A DNA stretch of 64,000 nucleotides from Lama glama (lineage: Eukaryota): positions 101,930,001 through 101,994,000 of the forward strand of contig CM052817.1 of assembly GCA_028534125.1 (NCBI GenBank). Reading direction: 5' to 3'. Below the pieces are notes generated by a model that had not been told where the DNA came from, made no database searches, and worked only from the letters and a program-made list of their open reading frames with translations. The translations under genes and the position numbers were made by a program. Position 1 is the first letter of the stretch; the number at the start of each line of letters is the position of its first letter. Shown here in pieces: positions 50,011 through 61,329 of the stretch.

Positions 50011-51512
50011 AAAGCATGTGAACTTTAAACATGTTTAAAATATTAAAAATCTATTAAAGTCAAAACTGCAGAAGCTTATAAAGTAATACACAGGCGGTTA
50101 TTTGAAACACCCTGTCCAAGGCTGGCTGATCATCTGCCAACCCATCACTGACCTCATCCAGCCCCACACTGCGTTCCAGGCAGCAGCTCCCATCTGAAGA
50201 GCTTGGCAAACAGGCTCGGAGATGGGTTTCTTCCAAGTCAGCCAAAGATAGCTTATGTTAAATGTAAGTCCCATGAAAGTACACGAAGACATTTTGATGG
50301 AATTCTGCACTTGTCAAAACAGCATAATTAAATATAAAATTGACAATAGGAGACGATAGAGTTTTGATCAGCGTGCCTTTTATTGTTCCTGTGCTGGTCA
50401 TAGCTGAAGGTAATGGACGTGAACCATTTTACAGGCGAGCTGCTTGCGAGCTAGAAGTAGTCTTGGCCATAAATTCAAAAAGTTTTTGTGCAGGGCCCCT
50501 TATAACCTCATCTCATTTGTCTCATCTTTTGATTTCTTGCTATTAATTTGCCTTCCACTGTTAAGCTGTCTGATTTTGCTCTGGGCCCCCTTGTCTTTGG
50601 ATTTTTCTAGACTCTTTGGTGGCTGTCTGCCCTCCCCTTCTTGTCCATCATGATCTACACCGGTTCCTCTCTCTTAACTTGTACAGGTAAATGTGAAAGG
50701 CTAGCGTTTTATTTTTCCTAAATGAGAGTATGATTTTACATCTCTTTGTAGAAGCATTTAGGAAGGCGCTAGGTTTTATGCACAGTATTTGATGAGGGCC
50801 ATTAAAGTTAAGACCTATGAATCTGGGAGGCCAGAACAACTGACTCAGAGATGCCAGGCAAGGAGAAGACAGAGAAAAGTAGGTTAGGGAACTCAGCCAC
50901 TTCTCCCTGTTCTTTAAAGCACCAGGAAATGTCAACCAGTTAGGTTGCCAAGGGATACACTATTGTCTGACTTACAGATGTGAATTGCAGTATAGGTGAT
51001 ACTTACAGATGTGATCTGCGGTATAAATGAACACTAGTGGCTGACACTTTAAAAACTATTATAAGAGTTCAGGTTTTCTGAGTTTTTTTTCTGATTTTAT
51101 TTCTGATCAATATATGTATGGCCTTACTAATACTAATAACAACTCTCCTGCTCACCTGCCTGTGAGAAGTGAGACATTTTAGAAAGTCCTCATCCTGGAT
51201 GGTTCTGGGAATGCCAGAGAGGTAATGGGGTTTATCAGTGAACGCTGGTGGTGCCCACCACTGCGGAGAAAGAATCAAAGTAGAATTTGTGAGCCCAGAC
51301 CCTGGCATTTCCACAAAAGGTCTGCTCAGGACTGGAACTTTCCTCCCTGTGCGGCTTTCTGGACAATCAGCCATGCCTAGGTGATGGTGGACCTGGAAAC
51401 CCGCCCTGGAGAGTAGTGCCCCCTTTCCTGGTGCGGAGGCTCCTCCTGTGACGGGCTCAGCTGCAAGGCTGCAGCGAGGATGCCCCTGGATTTCAAGTGC
51501 CAGGTTTCAAAT

Positions 51513-51948
51513 TATATTAATCTGCTACAGTTGTCATAACAAAAGACCACAAAGTTTATGGCTCAAAGAACAGAAATGTATTGTCTTCTTGTTCTGGAGG
51601 AAAGAAGTCTAAGATCAAGGTGACAGCAGGGTCGGTTCCTTCTGAGGGCCATGAGGAAGGACCTGTTCCAACCCTCCTGCTGGCCATCTTTGATGTGCCC
51701 TGGCTTCTAGATGCATTACAGTGGCCTCTGCCTTCACCTGCATTCTCCCTGGGGTGTGTGTATGTGTCCAAACGTCCCTTTTTTAGGACACCAGACCTAT
51801 TGGATTAGGGGCCCGCTCTACTCCAGCATGACCTCATCTTAATTTATTACATCCACAAGGACTGTACTTCCAAATAAGTTCACCTTCTGCAGGTGAAGAC
51901 TTCAACAGATGAATTTGGGGAGGGGCAGACACAACTCGACCCACACCA
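51513..51948 (-). mobile_element. MLT1-family MaLR solo LTR
   Basis: CATAACAAAAGACCACAAA..AACAGAAATGTATTGTC..TTCTGGAGG..AAGTCTAAGATCAAGGTG..TTCCTTCTGAGG..ATTGGATTAGGGGCCC. Confidence 0.9.
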
Positions 51949-52342
51949 ATAAATATTTCTTTAATGATCAGAGGTGTGAAGTAATCAGGGAAGAGATTCC
52001 AACATCTGTTACACATTCTCTTCAAAAACCACTTTCCTGTCCTCTCCTGTTTCTATTTCTCTCCTTCCTCTTTCTGTTTGTAGCAGACTAGAGTCTCTTC
52101 TTTACCCCGGGCCAACAGTAGGGAGGGATTAAAAATTAACAGCCTAAGGCCGCCATCTCCCAGATGGTGAGGACAAACTCCTTTTCAGTTAGTGTGGTGG
52201 CTTTACGTATAAATTGGATCAGAAACAACAAAACTTCTGGGCTTGCTATTTCTCAAGTCATTTAACAGGAGGTGCAGTCCTCCACCAGGGCTGCACCAGA
52301 GCAGCAGCAACCTTGGTTCGAAGCTGAGTCAAGGCAACAAGA

Positions 52343-52895
52343 TGTTATCCCAAAAGGGTAAGAGAAAGACCCCAGTGCTTGTCTTACTCGAAAGATAAGA
52401 ATTCTGATGGGAGACGGAAGCGTTGTGCAGCAAACGATTTCAAGGGTTTTATTAGCAGAGGGAAAGCACCCCTCCAAGAACGGGAGGTGGGCTGAGCCCA
52501 GGGCAGGTAGCAGTGGTCTCTGTTCGCCCCCTCCTCTCACACTCTCGCTTAGAGGGGGTCTCTTGATTGGTTGATGGCTCTTGCCCTCAGAGTGCTTGGT
52601 CATGCTTGTCCCCTTCTGTGCATGTCCTTACCCATGATGCACATGGAAAAACCCATGGGGGGACCTAAATCACAGTGTTAATTATATTACAATGAGCACT
52701 GGGTCATGTCTGGTTAGGTCCTTGTCACCACTGCACAGCTGCAGTTGTCAGGTTCTAACTGGCTTCCTGCTGGCGCTCATTTAGAGGAAGTAAAGCCCCT
52801 TTATGCTGAAGGTGGGCACAACGCCATCTTCCAGACCAGCCTCCCTCTCCTCCACCTTCCCTACCATGTGCCCCCTCTTGTCTAACTACCTAACA
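52343..52895 (-). mobile_element. ERV1-type solo LTR, copy A (553 bp)
   Basis: TGTTA...TAACA inverted termini, minus strand begins TGTTAGGTAGTTAGAC, AATAAA on minus at 52448-52453, homologous to 57589-58129. Confidence 0.85.
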
Positions 52896-53359
52896 ATTTA
52901 ACAGGGGGTATGTTCCTTCTCCACCTGAGGCTGTTTTGGACTCTCCTTGGGAGGAAAATGAACATTTAACTGTGGTGGGATGTGAGGAAACTGGGTGTAG
53001 CCCTTCCCGGTGGTGAGACGAAGCTGGAACTTAAGAGTCTGTACCCCCCTTCCCCTGCTCCTTTGTGATAGCAGGGTTCACCCTTTGCACCTTCTCTGCT
53101 GGAAAAATTAGCCAAAATTAAAAAAAAATTTTTCAATCATCATTTGACCAAAGTTTAAGATGCTGGCTTATAAGACACGAGAAAAAGTCAAGGGCCAGGA
53201 CTTACGTCTCCCTTATTAGGTAGGGCTGGAGTTTTCTGATGGAGGAAAGTAGAGACACAAGACTAAAGAGCTGAGTTAAGGCTGTAGGGAGACGATGGAG
53301 GGGAGCCATTGATGAGCCAGAGGGAAGTAAGGAGCAAGACAGCATTCGTGTGGAAACCA

Positions 53360-53575
53360 TGAGGTCACAGGTCCTTCTAGACAGCCCCTCCTCTGTGGCT
53401 ATAGTTCTCTCTGGGTTTCAGATCCTTTCTTTTGCTCCTTTGGGCTTAGGGGCGGTGATAGCTTTCCGTATGGCTAATCCTTGGGCGCTTCACAAACCCT
53501 TACGGTCCCCCTAACACCGCCAACATCTTTGTAAAGTGTCTCTTCATTAAACTCTCCATCCATCTGAGTACTAAG
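53360..53575 (+). mobile_element. LTR33/LTR41-like ERVL LTR 3' fragment
   Basis: TCTCTCTGGGTTTC..CTTAGGGGCGGTGATAGCTTTCC..CTTTGTAAAGTGTCTCTTCATTAAACTCTC. Confidence 0.65.
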
Positions 53576-55959
53576 CCCTCATCTCCCCAAGGGGGTTTAA
53601 GTTTCAAGAGGGCAGAGATCACTGCTCACCTTTGCATTTGCATAGCCTTGGAGATAAAGCCTTGTGGAAGACTCTCCATGAACAGTGAAGGCAGGAGTGG
53701 ATGAAGGGGAGGACTGGCTGGAGCAAGAAGAGTCAGAAAGGAGGAAGGAAGAAAGGGAAGACATACGAGAGACTGGAAGGTCGGGGGGGAGGTGGTATGA
53801 CTCAGTGATGGGGACCCAACTCAGCTTCCCAGACCTGTGCTCTCTGATCACCTAGGGAAAAGCCAAACAGCCCAGGAAGGATGGGGCCCGAACCGCCACC
53901 TTGCTCAGCCCTACACAGACAGGTCTTTCTTATTTAGTGCCCCACCTGCCTCCTGCCTCTGCAAAACGCCTCTACTGCCACCTCTGGTGCCCACACAAGG
54001 CTGGGAAGCAGTGTGGGCTTCTCCTTTCAAGTCAGAGGCCCTGGGAACCTCCCCTGGCAGAAGCCCACCCAGTGCTGGACAGTCCCCATCCGGGCAAGCC
54101 AGGCTGCCCTGGGACAGCAGCCACAGGTCCTCTCGCTGCACTCATTGTGCTCCTATTGTATGCAGACCCGTATGAGATTTAAATATGGGAAGATATAGAG
54201 TCTCTACCCTCCATCCAGAGTCCAAGGAAAAGCAGGAGGGGCACTGACAGAGCATCACGTCAACCCAAAAGGATGAATTAGAAAGTCCAAATGAAATGCC
54301 ATCGCCGGAGCAAAATGCACGGTGCAGAAGGGGGTAGTCACGCGGGATGACTCAGAAGGACTGGCTGGATTTCGAACCAGATTTGCAGTGAACACATTCA
54401 ACCAGGTAGTTTGGAAAATATATTAGAAAACAATCAGTCAATGTCAAGCATTGTCCTCAGGATTGTGGGTCTCTGGGTCCTCTGAGGATGCTTTATTGCT
54501 GGCGGAATAAAAATGATGTATTATGTAAGGGTGTGTTCAAATGCTTTGTATTTGATTTTTTTCCTGCGTTTGCAACCTCCACCAACAATGGTGCGCAGTA
54601 GAATTAAAGGGATTGGAAATTCTCTTCCTGGAACTCAGATCCTTCATACTGACTGAGTATTTGCATCAGATCCCGATGTAGTCATTTCCCCGCTGCGCTG
54701 GTAAGGCCATGGTGTGTCCAGCACGTCGGAGCGATCTTTGATCTTGTCTCAAATAAAAGAGACTAATGCACATTTATTTTTGCCATTTTCATTATCACTA
54801 AAAGAAATGCCAGAGAACGTTCCAATATAACCTCTCGAGAAAATAAACCACTTTCTTAACTGACATCAGTTCTGTCTCTTCGTAAAATGGAACCACACAT
54901 TTGGAAAGCTCCGTCCCTACCAGGCCAAAGGCACATCTCTGCTTCTCACACTGTTTTCAAAGCTTTGGTACACGAAGCTCCCATCCCACATCTCCTCTGG
55001 AAGAAGCTGATCTCCAGGGACCAGTGCAGGATGGGGGAAATGGAGAACAGCATACGTACTGAGAAAGATCTTCTAGTTCTGTGTTTTTTTCTTCCTTTGG
55101 TATAGTTTTGTTGGTGCCTCTTCACTGAAGTAAACAACAAAAGACTGCTCTCTGTTGTCTCGATACTAATCATAAAACTGAAAGCTTAGTTCAACAGTGG
55201 AAGAGAACCATGTTTAGTACATCATAATAAAGGCAAAACAGGGCTAGACTGGCCATTGGGTAGTTGAGGAAATACCACGGGGCTGGTGCATTAAAGAACT
55301 AAGACAATCAGCTACCGCTTGCTGCCTTGAAGTGATGGAACCTCTGGTGATGCAACTGTCTACTCATTCAGAACTCTTCCCCAAGGACCTCCTCCAGGTG
55401 GGGGAAGAGACCAATGAACAACAAGTGAAGATCGCTAGTGCTGGAGAGACACACACAAAAAAACCCCAAAACCCAGACAAATAATACATGAGGTGGGTAT
55501 TCCTTTTTGTCTTTTTACTCCTAAATCTCACAATTTTCTGCATACAGTAGGAGCACAATGGGTGCTGTTAGAGGGCCTTTGGCTGCTGTCCCGGGTCAGC
55601 TCGGCTTGCTAGGATTGGGATTGTGTGGCACTGAGTGGACTCTTCCCAGGGCCCCTGATTTAGAGCGAGAGCCCCCAGCTACTGCCCTAGCGTTGTATGA
55701 CACCCGTCGGGGGCAGTAAAGGGACCTACAGTAGCAGAAGCCAAATAAACAGTGGTGACATGCACAGTGTGCTAGATACTGCAGAGGAGAAAAGTAGTTT
55801 AAAAAGGGACTGGGGACGTTAAAGGGGTGCACGATTCTAAGGGAATCTCTGCTATCCGTCAACAAAGAGCATAGGGGAATATAATGCAAGAGTGAAGTAC
55901 TAGTCAAGAGCTAGATTTAACAGATGCATCCTTGTATTATGCAGCAGTAGGTTACCAGG

Positions 55960-56170
55960 TTCTGAGGCAGAAGTCCTGGTCCAAGTGGTCCCTTCGGGCC
56001 AGATGAACCTGGGTGAATCCTCTAACCTCTCCAAAGCACAGATTCCTCATCTGCACGAAGGTGAAAACATCTTCATGGCCACGGCAGCAAAGCGGGGTTA
56101 TAGCAAGAACCCAATTAAATATTGAATTTGCAAATTCTTTGCTGCCGTCAGAGCTCTGGGAATGTGTGGT
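55960..56170 (+). mobile_element. MIR SINE
   Basis: ACCTGGGTGAATCCTCTAACCTCTCCAAAGCACAGATTCCTCATCTG core. Confidence 0.65.
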
Positions 56171-56179
56171 GAACACAGA

Positions 56180-56410
56180 TTGCCAGTGATTTCCCCCTAG
56201 AACTTCTGATTCAGTAGATCAGGGCTGGACCCAGTCTAATTCAACAGTGGTTCTCAATCCTGGATGAACATGAGAATCCCCTGGGAAGTTCTGGAAAAAT
56301 ACAGACACCAGAGTCCTGATGAATTAAATCAGAATTTCTGGGGCATAGGTATTTTTAAAAAGCTCTCCAGGGTATTCAAATGTATAGACAGGTTGATCAT
56401 CAACAGTCTA
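56180..56410. mobile_element. MER5-like hAT-Charlie fragments
   Basis: TTCTGATTCAGTAG; CAGTGGTTCTCAATCCTGG..AGAATCCCCTGGGAAG..AAATCAGAATTTCTG..TTTTTAAAAAGCTCTCCAGG. Confidence 0.75.
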
Positions 56411-56465
56411 GTGAAATCCAGGCCTCTGTGACTGTGAACAATGGAAATTACAAATCGCCACCCTC

Positions 56466-56960
56466 CTCTTTTTTTTTTATTTTTAAATTTTTATTGAAGT
56501 ATAGTCATTTTACAATGTTATGTCAATTTCTGGTGTACAGCATAATAGTTCAGTCATACATATACATACATATTCATTTTCATATTCTTTTTCATTAGAG
56601 GTTACTGCAAGATATTGAATATAATTCCCTGTACTATAAAGAAGAAACTTTTTGCTTGTCTATTTTATATTTAGTAGTTAGTATCTGCACATCTTAAACT
56701 CCTGATTTATCCTTTCCCACCCCCTTCCCCCCCTGGTAACCATAAGTTTGTTTTCTATGTCTGTAAGTCTGTTTCTGTTTTGTAAATAAGTTCTTTTGTC
56801 TCTTTTATAGATTCCACATATAAGTGATATCATATAGTATTTCTCTTTCTCTTTCTGGCTTAACTTCACTTAGAATGATAATCTCCAGGTCCACCCATGT
56901 TGCTGCAAATAGCATTACTTTATTATTTTTTATGGCTGAGTAGTATTCCATTGTAAATAC
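56466..56960 (-). mobile_element. 5'-truncated L1 3' end, lineage-recent type
   Basis: Poly-T start, TTTATTGAAGTATAGTC..., CATGTTGCTGCAAAT, GGCTGAGTAGTATTCCATTGT. Confidence 0.95.
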
Positions 56961-57588
56961 CAGAGGTGTGGGACTCCTTGGTCTCTCCTGAAATGAGTGC
57001 TAAGAAGTTCCAGGGTAGGAAGGGGCATTCCAGGTCATCCAATAGACACATGTAAACCTCTCCAGATATGCAAGAATCTCTCCTGTTTTTGCTGACTTTC
57101 AGAGGAGGAAGATGCATTGTCTCCCTCTCTTTGTTCAGTTATCCTTGTGATGAGGAATCGATCCTTTACGTGTCTCCTAATCCCTCATGCCCCCGTGTCA
57201 TGACACAGCTCACTAGGAAATGCATGTGGTGCCTGAGTATTGAAATATGGAGATTGACTCAAGAGAAATAATAGCACAAGGCTGCAATGATGACTGCACA
57301 TTTCCTCACATTTTGTTATCTTTGCTTTCAAATCCACAGTAAATCCAGTAGCGCATCAGCTCTGAAAACAATCACCAGTTTAAGTATCCTGGAGTTCAAA
57401 GTGCCAAGTGCAACTTGCTGAAGGGAGATAGGCTGAACTTACTGTCTACAATACTGACCAAAAAGACTGGTTTGCAAACAGGTGTGTTTTCTCAAAAAAA
57501 AAAAAAAAAAAAAAAGAAAGAAAGAAAGGTGGCAAAACTAAGTCAGACTATTGGGAATAATTTTCTGTTTAGACACAGCTCTCATTAT

Positions 57589-58129
57589 TGTTACCCCAAA
57601 AGGTAAAGACCCCAGTTCTTGTCACCTGAAAGATAAGTTTACAGTCGGGAGACGGTGCGTTGTGTAGAGAAAGATTTTTGAAGAATTATTTAGAAAAGGA
57701 AAAGTACACAACCAAGAACAGGAGGAGGGCTGATCCGAGGGAGGAAAGGCGGCATTTTTTTGTCTCCCCCTTCTCTTCTACCCTCGCTTAGAGGGGGTCT
57801 CTTGATTAACTGACGGCTCTTGCCCCTGGAGTGCTCAGTCATGTTCGTCTCTTTTGTGCATGTCCTTACCCATGATGCACACAGAAAAACCCATGGAGGG
57901 GGATAAACCACAATGCTAATTATATTACAGTGAGTACTGGGTCATGTCTGGTTAAGTCCTTCTCGCTACCAAGCAGTTTCGGCTGTTGGGTTAACCGGTT
58001 TCTGGCTGGCACTCACTTAGAGGAAGTAAAGCCCCTTTATGCTGGAGGGGGGCACAACTCCATCTTCCAGACCACCCTCCCTCTCCTCCACCTGTCTGCC
58101 CGGTTCCTCACTTATCTAACCACCTAACA
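57589..58129 (-). mobile_element. ERV1-type solo LTR, copy B (541 bp)
   Basis: TGTTA...TAACA termini, imperfect 4-bp TSD TTAT/ATAT, shares long blocks with copy A such as CTCGCTTAGAGGGGGTCTCTTGATT and TAGAGGAAGTAAAGCCCCTTTATGCTG. Confidence 0.85.
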
Positions 58130-59497
58130 ATATGATGAGATTTTTGTCCCCTTACAAACCATTCTGTATCTTGAAATGATCACAGATCTTTTCCTATTTA
58201 TTTCATTTATTTTGTAATCTTGGCCAGATATTTATACATGGAAAATGTAAAACTTCAACAGGGAGTGGGAAAGAAGTCAAAAATGATACCAGATTCCTGT
58301 ACTGAGGGACACTTTCTGTGAGATGTGGAGCCCCGGGGTGAATGAAGCAGGTGACTGGGGAATGCCGGGCGGGTCTGGGAAAAGCAGGGTGGTGGCACCC
58401 TCAGCTCTGTGAGTAAGCCGTACGGGGCTCACTGCAATGTCCGTTTGCTCACCAAAACTTGTTTTTTAAATTATCTACATTGAACAAGAAACCCTGAGGC
58501 ACAAAAAAATCACCTGCTGGGACCAGGTGATCCCTGGAGTCCCTTACCCAACTTAAATGTAGCATCTTTCAATTATTTGAATCCATTTTGAATCCTTAGT
58601 AATTACTACATTAATTAACCATGTAGGAGAAAGATTTTAATCTTGGCATCTCATTTCTGTGAAACCTGATTGAAGACTCCAGACCAGTTACCTTTTTTAC
58701 ATTTTAAAAAGTGAGATAAGAAATATCTCATCCTTTGCAAAGAAGGGCAAGGATTCCATTTGGTTGTTTAAAAGCTCGTTGAAAAGGTTCCTCATAACAC
58801 ATTTTCAATAAAATGTTTATAAATGAAAACAGCTGATTTCTGTTTTGCAGAAAAGAGAAAAGAAAAATAAAACCCATTGTGTTTAGAAAGAAAACATTAT
58901 GAGAAATCGTTTCATTAAGACTCCAAGGCTAACCTCATTATTTAGAATACCTTCTTAAAATGTTAGAAGGAGCTCACATACTCAACTATGACCCTTGCAT
59001 GGAGTCATCGCTACATCCACTAATTTTGGCTTTCGCTGCTCTTAAAAAGCTATTCAAAAGCGTTTATTTTGTGACCCTACATTTCTTCATTTCTGACCAT
59101 TGCCCTCTTATTCTTATCTGCTTAGGAGCTCAAGAAGTGATTGTTCCCAGCACGTAAGTACACAAGAGCATACCGTGTGAAGTTTCTCCCTGCTTTTTTC
59201 CACCCTCCTTCTAACTGATTCAATAAACCAGTCTAGTGTGAGCCAGAGCTAGCTGACTGCAGTTCGTAGCTCTGCATGAAGACTGATGCCAAGATTGGGA
59301 AGACTCTACGAAGGACTGCTTTCAGGACGAATAATCTGACTTTTTAAAAAATTTCTTAGATAAAAATTGGTTTGCCCTACGAAGCTACATTTGGCACATC
59401 CAAATTCAATACATTTACCTTAATTATATGATCATTTCTGAGGGAATTATTGTTGTTGCTGTTTTGTATTGTTTTAAATGATCCTTAAGAATGCCGT

Positions 59498-59654
59498 GGG
59501 GTGCGGGGGAGGGTCTAGCTCAGTGGTAGAGTGTGTGCTTAGCATGCACGAGGTCCTGGGTTCAGTCCCCAGCACCTCCATTAAAGAAAGAAAGAAACAA
59601 TTACCTCCCCCACCACAAAATAAAGAAATATGTTTTTTAAATTAATAAGAATAA
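59498..59654 (+). mobile_element. tRNA-Ala(AGC)-derived camelid-type SINE (Vic-1-like) with TSD
   Basis: tRNA-like head at 59509-59580, A-rich tail, TSD AAGAATGCCGT (59487-59497) / AAGAATGTCGT (59655-59665). Confidence 0.92.
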
Positions 59655-59974
59655 AAGAATGTCGTTTTTGTCATTTCCCTGTGCTCATATAGTCAGACTT
59701 AGCGTTGAGTACCTTTCCAACTGGAGCTCTTTGATAGCACCGGAATATCATATCTACTCAGAAAACTCTTGATAAATCTTTATTGACTAAATGGAGATCT
59801 CTTTAGCTACTTGCAAGCTGGTTTATAACTTCTCTGTCACCTCTTCACACCATCCTCATAAAGCAGGGAGGGCAAGAAAGATGATCTCCATGGTCACAGA
59901 GGCAGAGAACCAACCCCAGGACTCTTAACAACTCATCCAGAATCCTTTCTCTTTTCATCGCCTTCCCTCCTCCT

Positions 59975-60182
59975 GGTTCTCATCCTCAGGGAATCTTGCC
60001 CCTCCCTTTGTGTAAGGGGGAAATTGTCTGGAGACACTTTTCGTTGTTACAATAGAAGGGGCGCCACTTGTGTCCAGTGGGCAGAGGCCAGGAAGGCTGC
60101 TAAACAGCCCACAGGATAACCCCCTGCAACAAAGAATCATCTGGCTCCAATGCCAATAGGGTTGTTGTTAAGAAACTGTGCT
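59975..60182 (+). mobile_element. MER20 hAT-Charlie DNA transposon
   Basis: TGTCTGGAGACACTTTT..GTTACAA..CCAGTGGGCAGAGGCCAGGAAGGCTGCTAAACA..CAACAAAGAATCATCTGGC..AAGAAAC. Confidence 0.85.
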
Positions 60183-60364
60183 TGACCTGTGTCTGAAAAA
60201 CCTTCGATGGGTCCCAAAGCTGATGATACCAGAGGAGCTCAGCTCCTGTGCTCGGCTGGAGGGCTGGCTGGTTATAGATGCAAGAACCCAGGGGCAACTG
60301 AGGGTCGGCCTTTTATTCCTGGAGGTTGACAGGCACTTGAGATATTAATGTATGGAGAGTATTT

Positions 60365-60615
60365 AATTTCAATTTTTAATTGTTTTTAAACTGAAGTATA
60401 GTCGGTTTACAATGTGTTAGTTTCTGGTGTACAGCATAGTGATTCAGTTAAACACATACACATATATTCCTTTCCATATTCTTTTTCATTATAGGCTATT
60501 ACAATGTACCGAATATAGTTCCCTGTGCTATGCGGTAGGGCCTTGTTTTCTTAATCTATTTTGTGTATAGTAGTTAGTATCTGAAAATTCTGAACTCTCA
60601 ATTTGTCCCTCCACT
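60365..60615 (-). mobile_element. Short L1 3' tail
   Basis: TGAAGTATAGTCGGTTTACAAT..TTTCTGGTGTACAGCATAGTGATTCAG..TATAGTTCCCTGTGCTAT. Confidence 0.9.
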
Positions 60616-60689
60616 TCGTCACCTTTAAAAAATTTTTTTTAATTACAAAAGGATACACACTTTGTACATACATCTTATGTCAATGACCA

Positions 60690-61290
60690 TCTTTGGCCAA
60701 AGACCCCTGGGAATAGAGTTAGACTGTTGATCTGACTGCATAAAGAGGGCGGCTGGGAAGCATTGCAGAGGTGTGTTTTGGGGGCTTATTCATAGGATCA
60801 AGCTGTGTTAGGTGATTCAGGATAGGGTTCAAGGATGCATGGGTTTGCTGTGGATGGATGCTGGCAGGAAGTGGAAGAAGGAACATTCTTTGATTGGGTA
60901 TCAATATTTTCTTTATGGATGTATAGTTGGTTTACAATGTTGTGTCAATTTCTGATGGACAGCATAGTAGTTCAGTTATACATATATTTGCTTTCATATT
61001 TTTAAAATAGTTTTTATCTAGGAAGCGGAAGACCAGAGCGGGCTAATGTTGTAATTGGCAAGCGAAGCCGCAGTCCCTTGTGTTTGGCTGTTTGTGGTTT
61101 GCACAGTGTTTTTGTTTTTGTCTGTGCTCAGACATGTTTAGAGAATGGGCTTGTGTTTGTCTTGCTTCACCCTGGTCACAGAGGAAGGTGTGAAATTGTT
61201 TATGTTCCTCAGTAGAACACTATGGTCCAGCGATTAGAGCCGACCCAGCTCCCAGCTGACAGCCATCAGGGGCTACTTTTTCCCTTCTCC
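60690..61290. mobile_element. Probable ancient LTR fragment interrupted by a short (about 100 bp) L1 tail at about 60908-61003
   Basis: The L1-tail insert (GTATAGTTGGTTTACAATGTTGTGTCAATTTCTG) is clear. The host LTR is a loose resemblance only. Confidence 0.35.
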
Positions 61291-61329
61291 CTTGGAACAC
61301 ATGATAAAACACAATGAAAGACAACAAAC

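Noticed and set aside
52343..58129. Intact or deleted provirus bounded by paired LTRs
   Set aside because: No PBS, polypurine tract or retroviral ORFs, no shared outer TSD, LTRs too divergent, and the interior holds older repeats
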